Assembly (NCBI RefSeq): GCF_006345805.1
Contig: NC_042997.1
Location: 25,730,001-25,794,000, forward strand
Direction of reading: 5' to 3'
From: Octopus sinensis
Lineage: Eukaryota
Length of the DNA stretch: 64,000 nucleotides
In this document: positions 37,273-50,460 of the stretch, one piece after another
Layout: the number at the start of each line of letters is the position of its first letter
How positions within the stretch are numbered: position 1 is the stretch's first letter
Notes under the pieces: model-generated
Told to the model about the DNA's origin: nothing
Seen by the model: only the letters and a program-made list of their open reading frames with translations
Databases searched by the model: none
Program-made: the position numbers and the translations under genes

Positions 37273-37478
37273 CCACCACCACCACCATCACAACCACTAT
37301 TATCATCATCACCTCCACCTCCACCACCATCGTCATCATCATCATCACCCCCACCACCACCACCATCATCATCGTCATCATCATCATCCTCATCATCCTC
37401 ATCATCACCATCATCATCATCATCATCATCATTACCACCACCATCACAACCACTATTATCATCATCACTTCCACCACC

Positions 37479-37512
<34 letters not shown>

Positions 37513-37625
37513 CCCCCACCGCCATTCCCACCGCCGTAATCATCACCACCACCACCACCACTACAATCATCATCGTCATCATCATCCTCATCATCAACAT
37601 CATCATCATCATCATTTTCCTTATT

Positions 37626-37662
<37 letters not shown>

Positions 37663-37681
37663 CCACCACCACCACCACCAA

Positions 37682-37732
<51 letters not shown>

Positions 37733-37745
37733 TATCATCATTATC
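37140..37745. repeat. (CAT)/(CAC) trinucleotide array with a 156-bp higher-order duplication
   Basis: ccatcacaaccactattatcatcatcac at 37285 and 37441. Confidence 0.9.
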
Positions 37746-38144
37746 AACAAGAAAAACAACAACAATCACAACAACAATAGCAGCAGCAGCAACAACAGCT
37801 CCTATTATGAACACCGATAACATACTACAAAACAAAACAAAAAAAACAACAACAACAACACCAGAATTATCTTGTCAGTCTACTACCAGCAACTCCAATA
37901 TGCAATCACACACTTCAAAAACAAAACAAACAAACAACAACAACAACAAATGGACTGATAAATTTCTTCCCTGCTTTCAATAGCTGCAACAACAACAACA
38001 ACAACAACAACAACAGCAACAACGTCTGCACTAGCACAAGGAATAAACTACACTGTGAGTAATATATGTCCACAATTACTAGTGCTATCACCATAACCAC
38101 CGAGAGTTATAAACTACCAACAACAAAAAAACTGCGACAACAAT

Positions 38145-38840
<696 letters not shown>

Positions 38841-39355
38841 TAGTGAAAACAAAAACACTAGAAATAGTGTATTACCCCACTGCATCCCCATCATCACTAC
38901 CAAGAACTGCTGCCGTGGCTATTGGCAACCGCCTCAATCCTTACTCGCTGACATCACCAAATATGTTTTAATTGTATTTTTTGTTTTTTTTCATTTTATT
39001 GTTACTGTTCTACATGTTCTTTTAGAATCGTAATTATTGAAAAAAAAAAGCTGTCTCTACTTGGGTTACAGAAATTCTAGTAAGAAACTTACTGATTGAT
39101 CATCTTGTCAATGTCTGTGAACCTCTACTCGTGTCCCCAAAACTGATTTTTCCTCAACCCGCTGCCAAACGTCTCGCTTCTCAAATTTCTATAGCATCCG
39201 ACCATACACAGAACAAAATTAAAAATAGATAATAAAATAAACAATAAATAAACAATTATAAACAGATCATCCTTAGAATAACAGTAACGTCTTGTAAGAA
39301 AATCAGCTTCAGTAATATCTGAAGCTAAAATACGAAATACAATATAAATACTTAC

Positions 39356-39481
39356 ATCACTTCGACTTGGTCCAAGCTCGATATTTCTAGAAACTGATTG
39401 CATTTGACTGAAATAACACCGTTTATTACTGGTACCTTCTCTACCGGGGTAAAAGGAGGCCGAGGACATTCGTATTGGCAT
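39356..39481 (-). CDS. Candidate internal coding exon (126 nt), product unknown
   Basis: Acceptor cttttcttttacag|, donor |gtaagt, length divisible by 3, two open frames (MPIRMSS..SRSD or CQYECPRPPFTPVEKVPVINGVISVKCNQFLEISSLDQVEV), and GC content above the flanks. Confidence 0.5.
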
Positions 39482-40363
39482 CTGTAAAAGAAAAGTTCGA
39501 ACATTAATTCTATAAAGATTCCAGTATGGATATTTAAAATAAAGTCCTTCATCCGGGCGAACATGCGATGACGTGCTTCACCAGCATTTAAGAGAATACG
39601 TAAGTCAGATGAATATGTTTAATTTCTATGAGCAATGCATAACCGAACGAACATTATCGGCCTTGCCTTTCGTGTGAGGGTTTCCAAGCATTGCCACATA
39701 ATGATATTCTTTATGCTCTCTACGAACTTAAATAGTAGCAATAACAATTTCTTATTTTGATACTTTTTCAAAGCTTTAGAGCTGTAGGGTCGATTTGATA
39801 ACATTGGTGAAGGATTGGTACTTGCAATATTGGTACAGAACATATGGAGATAAAAACCTGTCGTTTTGCCACCTATTGCCGAGTCAGGTACAAAAATAAT
39901 AATTTCCATCAGTGATACACTGTTTCGAAAAAGAATTTAGATAATTGCATCGTATTTTCTTAGCAGTACATTTTATTAAAATAGCAAGAACAATAAGCTG
40001 GTAAAATAACATATATAGGAATCTATCGCAAAATGTAAACGTGTTCCACAAAATGTTACTCTGTCAATGATCTACAAAAGAGACCAATAATGACTTTTAA
40101 ATAAAGTATAGGGTAAAAATATTGGAGGTATGAACCTTTGAATATATCTAAACCCAAGGGTATTATTTTTTCTTATTATCTATGTCTTATTATCAGCGTC
40201 CAAGGTATTCGCAGGCTCTCCGAGATAGCTGAAACTTATTCCATTAGTATACTGCTTCAAATTAAGTCAACATTTTCAGAAAAGATGGGTACATAGAATT
40301 GCTGCGGGGCTAACTCTGGCAGAGTATAGACTAGACTTCAGAAATAAATATTTCTAATGGAGT

Positions 40364-40761
40364 AAGGCGGCGAGCTGGCAGAAACGTTAGCACGACGGGC
40401 GAAATGCTTAGCGGTATTTCGTCTGCCGCTACGTTCTGAGTTCAAATTCCGCCGAGGTCGACTTTGCCTTTCATCCTTTCGGGGTCAATTAAATAAGTAC
40501 CAGTTACGCAGTGGGGTCGATATAATCGACGTAATCCGTTTGTCTGTCCTTGATTGTCCTCTCTGTGTTTAGCCCCTTGTGGGTAGTAAAGAAATAGGTA
40601 TTTCGTCTGCCGCTACGTTCTGAGTACAGCTTCCGCCGAGGTCGACTTTGCCTTTCATCCTTTCGGGGTCGATAAATTAAGTACCAGTTGCGTACTGGAG
40701 TCGATCTAATCGACTGGCCCCCTCTCCAAATATTTCAGGTCTTGTGCCGAGAGTACAAAAA
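40364..40761 (+). mobile_element. SINE family A dimer with 17-bp TSD
   Basis: aatatttctaatggagt (40347-40363) and aatattcctaatgaagt (40762-40778), 15/17 identical. Confidence 0.9.
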
Positions 40762-42587
40762 AATATTCCTAATGAAGTGGAGTGGCTAGTAGGATGGTGA
40801 TGATCGGAGGGGTGACAAATGAGGAGAAAAGGAAGGAGACCAGAGGTTCGACGAGGCAGATGATAAAACTTCAGAGAAACGAAGACAGAATGCGAATCGC
40901 ATTCTTCAAACCAGAGGAATGGTATTTCTCTGGTCTATAATACTCGTCTATGCTGTAGCAGTAATACCGACATTTATGAATGCCATCCGAGATTTGAAGT
41001 GATCTCTTTAGTTTTTGAGGTTAACATATTCTGACTCTGAGCAGGAGTACCAATATTTGAGAGGCATTTTTGCCATGGTGATGTACAGTCTCTAGACGAG
41101 ATTCCGAGCGATAGTGATGTCTAGTATTTGGGGCAATTATGAGGGCTCTTATAAGGCTGCTATTCATGGAGTCCGTGCTGATTTTGGGTAAAAATTGAAA
41201 CTTAAATGATGTTTAAATGAAGAGTAGAATCGACTGTAAACGTGCAAGCAATATTGGTGGTGATGGGAGTCTTTTATTTTAAATAGATTATTTTCTGAAT
41301 CGTGTGCAATATATTTCCTGAGTTGATACGAACAATACTGTGGCTCTTATATGACAAGATTATAACATGCATCATAAGTAAATTTTCGTGGTGCTCTTGT
41401 TCTTGTGCAGCAAGCAATTAACCATAATTGAGTATACTGATGAAGCAATGACAAACCATTTTTTAACTGCGCAACATAATAATTTTTTAACGTCAATGAA
41501 ATAGCCTTTATTCAAATACATGTTAAGAAAAATAAGTTGAAATAACTTATGGGAATTGTTACCTATTACTATGTTAGAATAAAAATATATATGCAAGATG
41601 TACCTATCAATCTCATCAACCTATCAATACATTTTATTATTAGCCTGAGATTGACTATAAATTTCGTCTCCGCTGTTTTTGCCCGAGTTTAAAGAGTAAA
41701 GAGTATAATTTTATTTTATCGCATTTTGTTCAGTTTCTCAAACTTTTTATATGTAATGCGAAACATTGAATATCAACGTGAGAAGATACCATCCGACGGA
41801 AAATGTCTCAACATATTTATCATTAAACTTTTGCTCAATTATATACATCAGAACGTCACTACTGGGCACGCATGTGTGCACGTTTAAGTATACATATATA
41901 CATTAAATAGGAACAGAGGTCTTCCCTGAACTATAGGTACATAAGTTCATGTTTCTTGGATTCTGAGGAATGTATAGGTTCTCCTTCTCAACGTGACATC
42001 AGTCCGTTGCAGGTTTATTCCCTTTTGATATTTGAGTGGACTTGAGGAACGTGAAATAAAGTGATTTACTCAAGAACACAACACACCCAGTAATTGAAAC
42101 CATAATCTTGCGAGCTTGAGTGCGACACGCCAGCCACTAGGTCACGCGAATGCACACCCATTTATATACAGAGGCATGTTCTTTATTCTGAAAGACACAC
42201 CTGACAGTTTCTTTGTAACAACACCTAACTATAACATGAAATAAACGATCGACTCATTGAATTAAAACGCGAAATGTTAGAATATTCAGTAGACAAGCGG
42301 ACCCTGAACGAAATTTTAGGAATCATCATCATAATATGTGATCATTGCTGAACTAAGAAATATTAAGTAATATCCATCTGACAGGCTTCTTTACAGTTTC
42401 CATGCACTCTCAATTATGAGGTAGATGCTGAACCAAGACAATGGTAAAAATTCTTGAAAACGTTAGTCATTTTTTAGATTGAAATGGGAAGATGTGGATT
42501 GCGAAGATAAAAAGATAGATATGTATCTGATGCGTATGTATATACGTATATAGAAAATTTTGAGTATATATAGATATGTATCCATGT

Positions 42588-42969
42588 GGAGGCGCAATAG
42601 CCCAGTGGTTAGGGCAGCGGACTCGCGGTCATAGGATCGCGGTTTCGATTCCCAGACCGGGCGTTGTGAGTGTTTATTGAGCGAAAACACCTAAAGCTCC
42701 ACGAGGCTCCGTCAAGGGATGGCGGTGATCCCTGCTGTACTTTTTCACCACAACTTTCTCTCACTCTTACTTCCTGTTTCTGTTGTACCTGTATTTCAAA
42801 GGGCCGGCCTTGTCACTCTCTGTGTCACGCTGAATATCCCCGAGAACTACGTTAAGGGTACACGTGTCTGTGGAGTGCTCAGCCACTTACACGTTAATTT
42901 CACGAGCAGGCTGTTTCGTTGATTCGGATCAACCGGAACCCTCGTCGTCGTAACCGACGGAGTGCTTCC
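42588..42969 (+). mobile_element. SINE family B, full length with 8-bp TSD
   Basis: atccatgt at 42580-42587 and 42970-42977. Near-identical to the reverse complement of 8649-9030. Confidence 0.9.
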
Positions 42970-44087
42970 ATCCATGTATGTATGTACATATATGCACACA
43001 CATTCATACATATATACACTGCATGTATATGCTAAATTATTCTAGATAAATAAAAGGCTGTAAACGCGCCTTTGTACATGCCGGACATATCTGCAGCCAA
43101 AACTTCAAGCGACTCTCAATATTAAGACATTTGTGATGTCTCACGTGTTACCATCTCAGTTTCGTTTAATTACTTATTTACTTACGCATTTTCTGTACGA
43201 TTTTTGTATTTGTTTTCATTTTTTCCATTATCATATGGCAGTGTTCTAATTATCTCGACACCTGTTGTTTTTTTGGAAATTAATTCATAGTCATAATACT
43301 GCTCTGTAGAAGTATGACTAGAACTGTACACGCGCGCACGGACTCACAAAAGCATACACAGACGGTGTTAGGGATAAATAGAAAAGGTTTTTTTTGCACA
43401 TTTTATGTATTTCAAGCGGAAAGAAAAGAAGTATATTGAATGTATCAAAAGCGTGTATTTTATTTGCATATAGGCACGCATACACACAGAAAATTATGAA
43501 TGTGTGTATGTGTGTGTGTGTTTCTGTTTATTTTATTGTTTTATTTTCCTCGTTATCATTTCCTGTGCTGTTTACTATTTACATATGCTTTGCGGCTTGC
43601 GGTGCGTATTTACCAAGTCGGTATGATAGATATTCAAGTAAGTGAGATTATAACACAATGGTACTTACTGGCGCTTTCTTATTCAGGGATCAGTATCTAC
43701 ACGTTTTTATGTGTCGTTTATAGAAAACCTGACATCAGATTGTAACTTACTTAACAATGGGACCAATTCAACATTGTATCTCGTCGTATTATTTCCCCTG
43801 TCGCTCTAAAATTGTCAACTTCTTTGTCAATCTACGTCGCAAGAACATTTACCTTCCTCGGGTCTTCACACCTTAAAATCTCTACACTTGTAAAGCTTTT
43901 AAATAAGCATTTAAGCATCATTTGAACGCGTGCGTGTGTATACACTCATAAACTTATACATATATGTATAAGTATCTACCTTTCCATCTGTGACCAAACG
44001 TTTTTGCTTCATCAGTTTTTATCTATCTAAATATCTATATCTCTATCTATCACCGCCTCTCTCCCTATCGCTCTTTATACATTTGCT

Positions 44088-44208
<121 letters not shown>

Positions 44209-44495
44209 GATAAAGGGCAGGACCGGATTTAAACCATGGGGAGCACAGGGCAGTTCAATTTCGGTGGGCCCTTTATACACAAGAATACAAATCTTGGAAA
44301 ATTACCAAATTCAAATTTCAAAACCCATATATTCCATATAATTACATTTGAAGAGTTAGCAGAGGAAGTTTAAATAAATGACTGAAAATATCGCTTTATA
44401 TATACACTTTTCAAAATTCAAATTTCGTTTTTCACACATCCATTTATGCTGTTTGACTTCATTGTAAAATGTACAACGAATGATGGAAGGGGGAA

Positions 44496-44620
44496 TAAGA
44501 TATTTTTTTTCCTTTTAATGCGAGTTGCAAATGTTTCAGAACAGTAATTTTCTGTCATTTCATCGTATTCCACGTTCTGAAACATTTGTAACTCGCATCA
44601 AAAGGCAAAAACACATCTTA
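44496..44620. other. ~125-bp hairpin (MITE-like or pre-miRNA-like)
   Basis: Core stem 44511-44542 vs 44574-44605 is 30/32 complementary, with an imperfect extension to taagat/atctta. Confidence 0.75.
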
Positions 44621-44669
44621 GTGGTTGTTGCTGTTCCAAAGGCATGATGAATATATATATATATATATG

Positions 44670-44867
44670 TAGGTCCCGGGTTGAGTCGGGGTTAACCACA
44701 GTAAATAAGGTACTCAATACATAGCAGAGTCAATTAATTTATTTTATAGAAGGAGCTTCTACAGGACTAGAACTGTTTCATTCAAATGAAATCTTCAGGA
44801 AGCTTCCTGAAGATTTCATTTGAATGAAACAGTTCTAGTCCTGTAGAAGCTCCTTCTATAAAATAAA
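44670..44867. mobile_element. PLE-type terminal repeat family gamma with perfect 130-bp palindrome and two hammerhead-like cores
   Basis: 44738-44867 is a perfect spacerless palindrome centred on aagctt. Each arm reads CUGAAGA-UUUCAUUUGAAU-GAAA-C..GUC. Flanked by (TA)n on both sides. Confidence 0.7.
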
Positions 44868-44868
44868 A

Positions 44869-44916
<48 letters not shown>

Positions 44917-45270
44917 AAGCACTTGCTTGTCTGTCTGAAAGGTCGAGTGACGATATGAACATTTGAAAGATATGGATTTTTAAAATTCTTCCTTTCGAAC
45001 GGTTTCCCTTCATTGTTTTGCAATGTGTGTAAAAAGAGCAAACCGGAAATTCCTGACAAAAACAGGGAAATTCAAACAGACATTTTGAAATTCTGCGTTT
45101 CCAGTTTCCAATAGGTATAGGTGAGGCACAATGAGTAATATTTACTTCATATTTAACTTTGAATAAAATATAACTATACCAGCTAAGCAAAGACATTCTC
45201 AAAATGCAGTAAAATTTATAACATATTGAGAAAATTATCCCCGTTCTTTTTGAGCATTTATATACATATA

Positions 45271-45484
45271 GGCGCAGGAGTGGCTGTGTGGTAAGTAGCT
45301 TGCTTACCAGCCACATGGTTCCGGGTTCAGTCCCACTGCGTGGCACCTTGGGCAAGTGTCTTCTACTATAGCCTCGAATAATAAGTACTGGGCTTACAAA
45401 GAATAAGTCCCGGGGTCGATTTGCTCGATTAAAGGCGGTGCTCCAGCATGGCCGCAGTCAACTGACTGAAACAAGTAAAAGAGT
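45271..45484 (+). mobile_element. SINE family C with central deletion
   Basis: Head/core joined directly to the tail at ~45376; the internal microsatellite is missing. Confidence 0.88.
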
Positions 45485-45769
45485 ATATATATTTTCAGGG
45501 TTTGTTTTGCAAATGTATGTCACTGGTCACTCCGAGTTCTTTCACAAGACTCATTGTTTTGTGCTTTGCTTTTCTAGATGTTTGCTAAGTTAAATGCTAT
45601 GCATGAAATTCATTACACTTGCGTCACTTTGCATGCATATTATACTGACGAAAACTAAAACAAAAAGTACATATTCGTATGTATGGAGTACTATTTATAC
45701 ACTTTCTTCAACTAGATGCACACACAAGCCTACACACACGCACATGCAGATGGATGAATAACGTGTATC

Positions 45770-46068
45770 TATATAAATACACACACACACACACATATAT
45801 ATATATTTCGATACACACACACACATATATATATATAACGTATATATATATTATGCACTCATGCACAGACACACGCATACACACATATATACAAACACAT
45901 ATGCACTTCGACAAATATATAACTACATATACATATATGCATACATACATACAGTCATGCATATATATATATGTGTGTGTACATATATATGTATATATAA
46001 TATGTATATATATATATATATCTACATATTTATCTATGTATCTATCCATCTCTCTCTCAATCTCTCTC

Positions 46069-46106
<38 letters not shown>

Positions 46107-46157
46107 TACATACCTATCTATCTATCTATCTATCTATCAATCTGACTATCTGTTTCC

Positions 46158-46219
<62 letters not shown>

Positions 46220-46279
46220 GTTCGTGTGTATATGCGTGCGTAAGTGTGTAAGAGAGAGAGAGGAGGGGAAGAGAGAATT

Positions 46280-46315
<36 letters not shown>
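45770..46315. repeat. Compound (CA)/(TA)/(TCTA)/(GA) microsatellite tract
   Basis: Direct inspection. Confidence 0.9.
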
Positions 46316-46317
<2 letters not shown>

Positions 46318-46943
46318 TGCATTTGCAAGTTATGTGTGTACCTATATAGATATGTGTAAATATTTTTGTGTCAATACAAAAAAAGCACTATCTTTCGTTT
46401 TCATTGATAATCTCATCAGTTATTTTTATTATTATTATTATTATTATCATTAGTATTATTTTATTTATTTGTTTACTCTTTGCAAATATTTAGGTCATTC
46501 CGAATGAACTTTATACATTATATTTTGATGTTCATTGGTGATTGGCGTTTTAAGACAATAAAACATGGGGAAAATAACGGGTTTTATGGATTCGATGCCA
46601 AAATGAGATGACTAAATCACTGTGATAAGACGATAGTTTATGCTACCGACATGTACGTTCAATAATAAATATTGTCAAAATATCTTGGCTATGATATTAT
46701 TATAAATGAATAAAAGTAAAAACGAAAAAAATTTGAAAACAGCTATAATTATATTATATACATAGTTACATATACAGATGTAAACAGACACAAAATAACA
46801 CGTAAACAGATATATACACACACACACAAACAAGCGCGTGTGCCGTTGTGTTTTCGTTGTGTTGTGTCGTGCGTGTGTGCGTGTGTGTGTAAATTTATAT
46901 ACGCGTGCGTGTTTACATGTACATGGTGTATGACGCATTTATG

Positions 46944-46974
<31 letters not shown>

Positions 46975-47370
46975 TTGTATGTATACATGTATTTTTGTAA
47001 AAGTGAAGGATAGGAATAACATTTTTCATACAATGTATGTATATGGTATTCTTCTGAATTCTATTTTCTTTTTAAATGTTGCAACCAAAAAAGAAGAGAA
47101 CCCAAATTGTTTGTTTTTTTACTTTCTAACAAACAAACAAATTTTCATGGATGATTTTTTTTGTACCTACAAAAGTAACAATTCTCATGTTAAATTATGA
47201 AGAATCATTGCATATATTTACTTTGTCCTTGGAGAATATATTGGTAGAATGCATGTTTGATTGATACTTACTTTCCTTGAAAATACTTACGTGATTGCAA
47301 CATTCTTTGTAAACTAAACAAGTGAAACAATGATTACCGGAACAATTTAATTTCGATGAGAGAAAGGGTA

Positions 47371-47980
47371 AGGCGTCGAGCTGGCAGAATCGTTAGCACG
47401 CCGGGCGAAATGCTTAGCAGTATTTTGTCTGCCGCTGCGTTCTGAGTTCAAATTCCGCCGAGGTCGACTTTGCCTTTCATCCTTTCGGAGTCGATTAAAT
47501 AAATACCAGTTACGCACTGGGGTCGATGTAATCGACGACTTAATCCGTCTGTCTGTCCTTGTTTTTCCTCTCTGTGTTTAGCCCTTTGTGGGTTGTAAAG
47601 AAATAGGTATATCGTCTGTCTTTATGTTCTGAGTTCAAATTCCGCCGAGATCTACTTTATCTTTCATCCTTTCGGGGTCGATTAAATAAGTACCACTTAC
47701 GCACTGGGGTCGATGTAATCGACGACTTAATCCGTCTGTCTGTCCTTGTTTTTTCCTCTCTGTGTTTAGCCCTTTGTGGGTTGTAAAGAAATAGGTATAT
47801 CGTCTGTCTTTATGTTCTGAGTTCAAATTCCGCCGAGATCTACTTTATCTTTCATCCTTTCGGGGTCGATTAAATAAGTACCACTTACGCACTGGGGTCG
47901 GTAAAATCGACTGAATTCGTTTTTCTGTCCTTATTTGTCCCCTCTGTGTGTAGCCCCTTGTAGGCACTAAAGAAATAAGA
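47371..47980 (+). mobile_element. SINE family A trimer with a recent ~187-bp internal duplication
   Basis: 47513-47699 and 47700-47887 are near-identical and share private variants (gagatctactttatc, cgacgactt). Confidence 0.88.
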
Positions 47981-48864
47981 AATTCTAGGTTTCCGTATAG
48001 CTGACCCTATATAGCCTCAAGCTGCCTGCATTTGAAATAAATATTCTTAGTAGCCGAGAAATTATCCTCCTGAAATAAAATATTGTTTTTTTTTTTAATT
48101 CCTTAAATATGTCTATTTCTTTCTTCAGGATTTCATAAGCTGGGTGTTTTGATGTGAACATGTTCAACAATATTCCTTTTATAGACGTATTAATGCAGCA
48201 AAAGCACTAGTAAAGTTATAATTGTAATTGGACTTCTTCCTCTAGAAATAATGACAATAATTTCTCTAAGAAATTTGGTAGTTATACAGATGGTGATATC
48301 ATAAATAATGTATCGAGCTTTTTATTACACAGGTGGTGATATCATAATGTACCTAGCTTTATATATGTTATCTGTCGCACTGGGGTCGGTAAAATCGACT
48401 GAATTCGTTTTTCTGTCCTTATTTGTCCCCTCTGTGTGTAGCCCCTTGTAGGCACTAAAGAAATAAGAAATTCTAGGTTTCCATATAGCTGACCCTATAT
48501 AGCCTCAAGCTGCCTGCATTTGAAATAAATATTCTTAGTAGCCGAGAAATTATCCTCCTGAAGTAAAATATTGTTTTTTTTTTTAAATTCCTTAAATATG
48601 TCTATTTCTTTCTTCAGGATTTCATAAGCTGGGTGTTTTGATGTGAACATGTTCAACAATATTCCTTTTATAGACGTATTAATGCAGCAAAAGCACTAGT
48701 AAAGTTATAATTGTAATTGGACTTCTTTCTCTAGAAATAATGACAATAATTTCTCTAAGAAATTTGGTAGTTATACAGATGGTGATATCATAAATAATGT
48801 ATCGAGCTTTTTATTACACAGGTGGTGATATCATAATGTACCTAGCTTTATATATGTTATCTGT
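47888..48864. repeat. ~488-bp tandem duplication
   Basis: 47888-48375 vs 48376-48864 differ at only a handful of positions. The left breakpoint is inside the SINE A core. Confidence 0.92.
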
Positions 48865-49572
48865 CGGAATTTAGTATCGTTAGCTACTTCTTACTCTATT
48901 GTTATATTCCATAGATATTTAACTTAACATGCTGTAAATCCTCGAATATAATCCGCATTTTTTCCCCAAAATTTAAGAAGTCAAAATCTTTAGTGCGTAC
49001 TATATACGAGGTTAAAAATGAAAAATATCTTCTAACCAATGTCCGAGTCTCTATTTGCTGTCCGACAATCTTTATTCAGACGCATTTTGTGATGTCGGGC
49101 GCGAAAATACCTTAAGCTAAGCCTGAAAGCAATGAAGTCATAAAAGAATCATCCATAACTTGCAGTAAGCAATATTTATTAAACGTTATTACTATTATTT
49201 CTTTATTTTCTACAAACAAAATGCACAAAAATACTACACGTTTGCATTATGTTATATATTCAATAATAATAAAGGAAGTGACCGTATACATTTTTACAAA
49301 CCAAGGACGTTATATAGACCTGCTTGACTCAAGTTAGGGAAGGGGTGCGTATTATAGGTTATAGGTTTAGGTTTTTCACAGGTACAGTCCCCTAAAAATA
49401 CCCTACGTATTATGCTCAAGGGTGAACTATACTCGAGGATTTACGGTAGCTATTCATGTATCTGAGTAACTTTGTTTGACCAGGTTATTTGTACGCAAAC
49501 ACATATACATACAAATATGCGTACTACATATATGTACATGTGTGTGTGTATAAATATAGTTATGTATATATG

Positions 49573-49730
49573 TGGGTGTGTGGTAAGTAGTTTACTTACC
49601 AACCACATGATTCCAGGTTGAGTCCCACTGCATGGCAACTTGGGCAAGTGACTTCTGCTATAGCCTCGGGCCGACCAAAGACTTGTGAGTGGATTCGCTA
49701 AACAGAAATTAAAAGAAGCTTATCGTATAT
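49573..49730 (+). mobile_element. SINE family C, 5' half
   Basis: Head and core match the family C consensus. Confidence 0.8.
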
Positions 49731-50159
49731 ACATATATATGTATGTGTGTTTTTTAAAGAATAAACATCATTTTTCTTTTTCCCTGATGAAGAGAGCGTT
49801 CTCTGGAAATGAGTCTTAAGATTCATCTGTAATTCGGACGAATGAGCCCCAGAACCGATCGTCAGTACACTCTATTTCTTCTAACATGTAACCCAAACTC
49901 TTTATGTCTATATCATATTAATTTTTTTAAACGTGTTATCTATATTCCACTATTATTTTTATCTATATTCTATTATTTGTATGTTTATATATCTATATAA
50001 CCTATATGCCCATGTATACTTTTACTATTCGTATATTTTTATATCTCTAATATATCAATATGCGTTTCAGTTTGGTTAACCCTTATTTTAACTTAACTAA
50101 ACCCATCGTAGATGTATGTGCTAATCGTAGTCTACCTGATTTGAACTTTTTCCATTCTA

Positions 50160-50183
50160 TTCTATATATACATACATACATAC

Positions 50184-50231
<48 letters not shown>

Positions 50232-50253
50232 TTACACACATATATATATGTAT

Positions 50254-50310
<57 letters not shown>

Positions 50311-50377
50311 TATATTATATATATATGTATATATATAGGATATGTATATATTCAGGATAGCTAGATAGATAGATAAT

Positions 50378-50460
<83 letters not shown>
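50160..50460. repeat. (AT)n/(GATA)/(GA)n microsatellites
   Basis: Direct inspection. Confidence 0.9.

Noticed and set aside
40790-41180. Possible decayed PLE N-terminal region
   Set aside because: Only a vague IP.GLRM-like match requiring a frameshift; left unassigned.
44950-45113. 51-codon plus-strand frame (..FCNVCKKSKPEIPDKNREIQ..)
   Set aside because: No convincing splice acceptor, no recognisable domain, and the length is compatible with chance.
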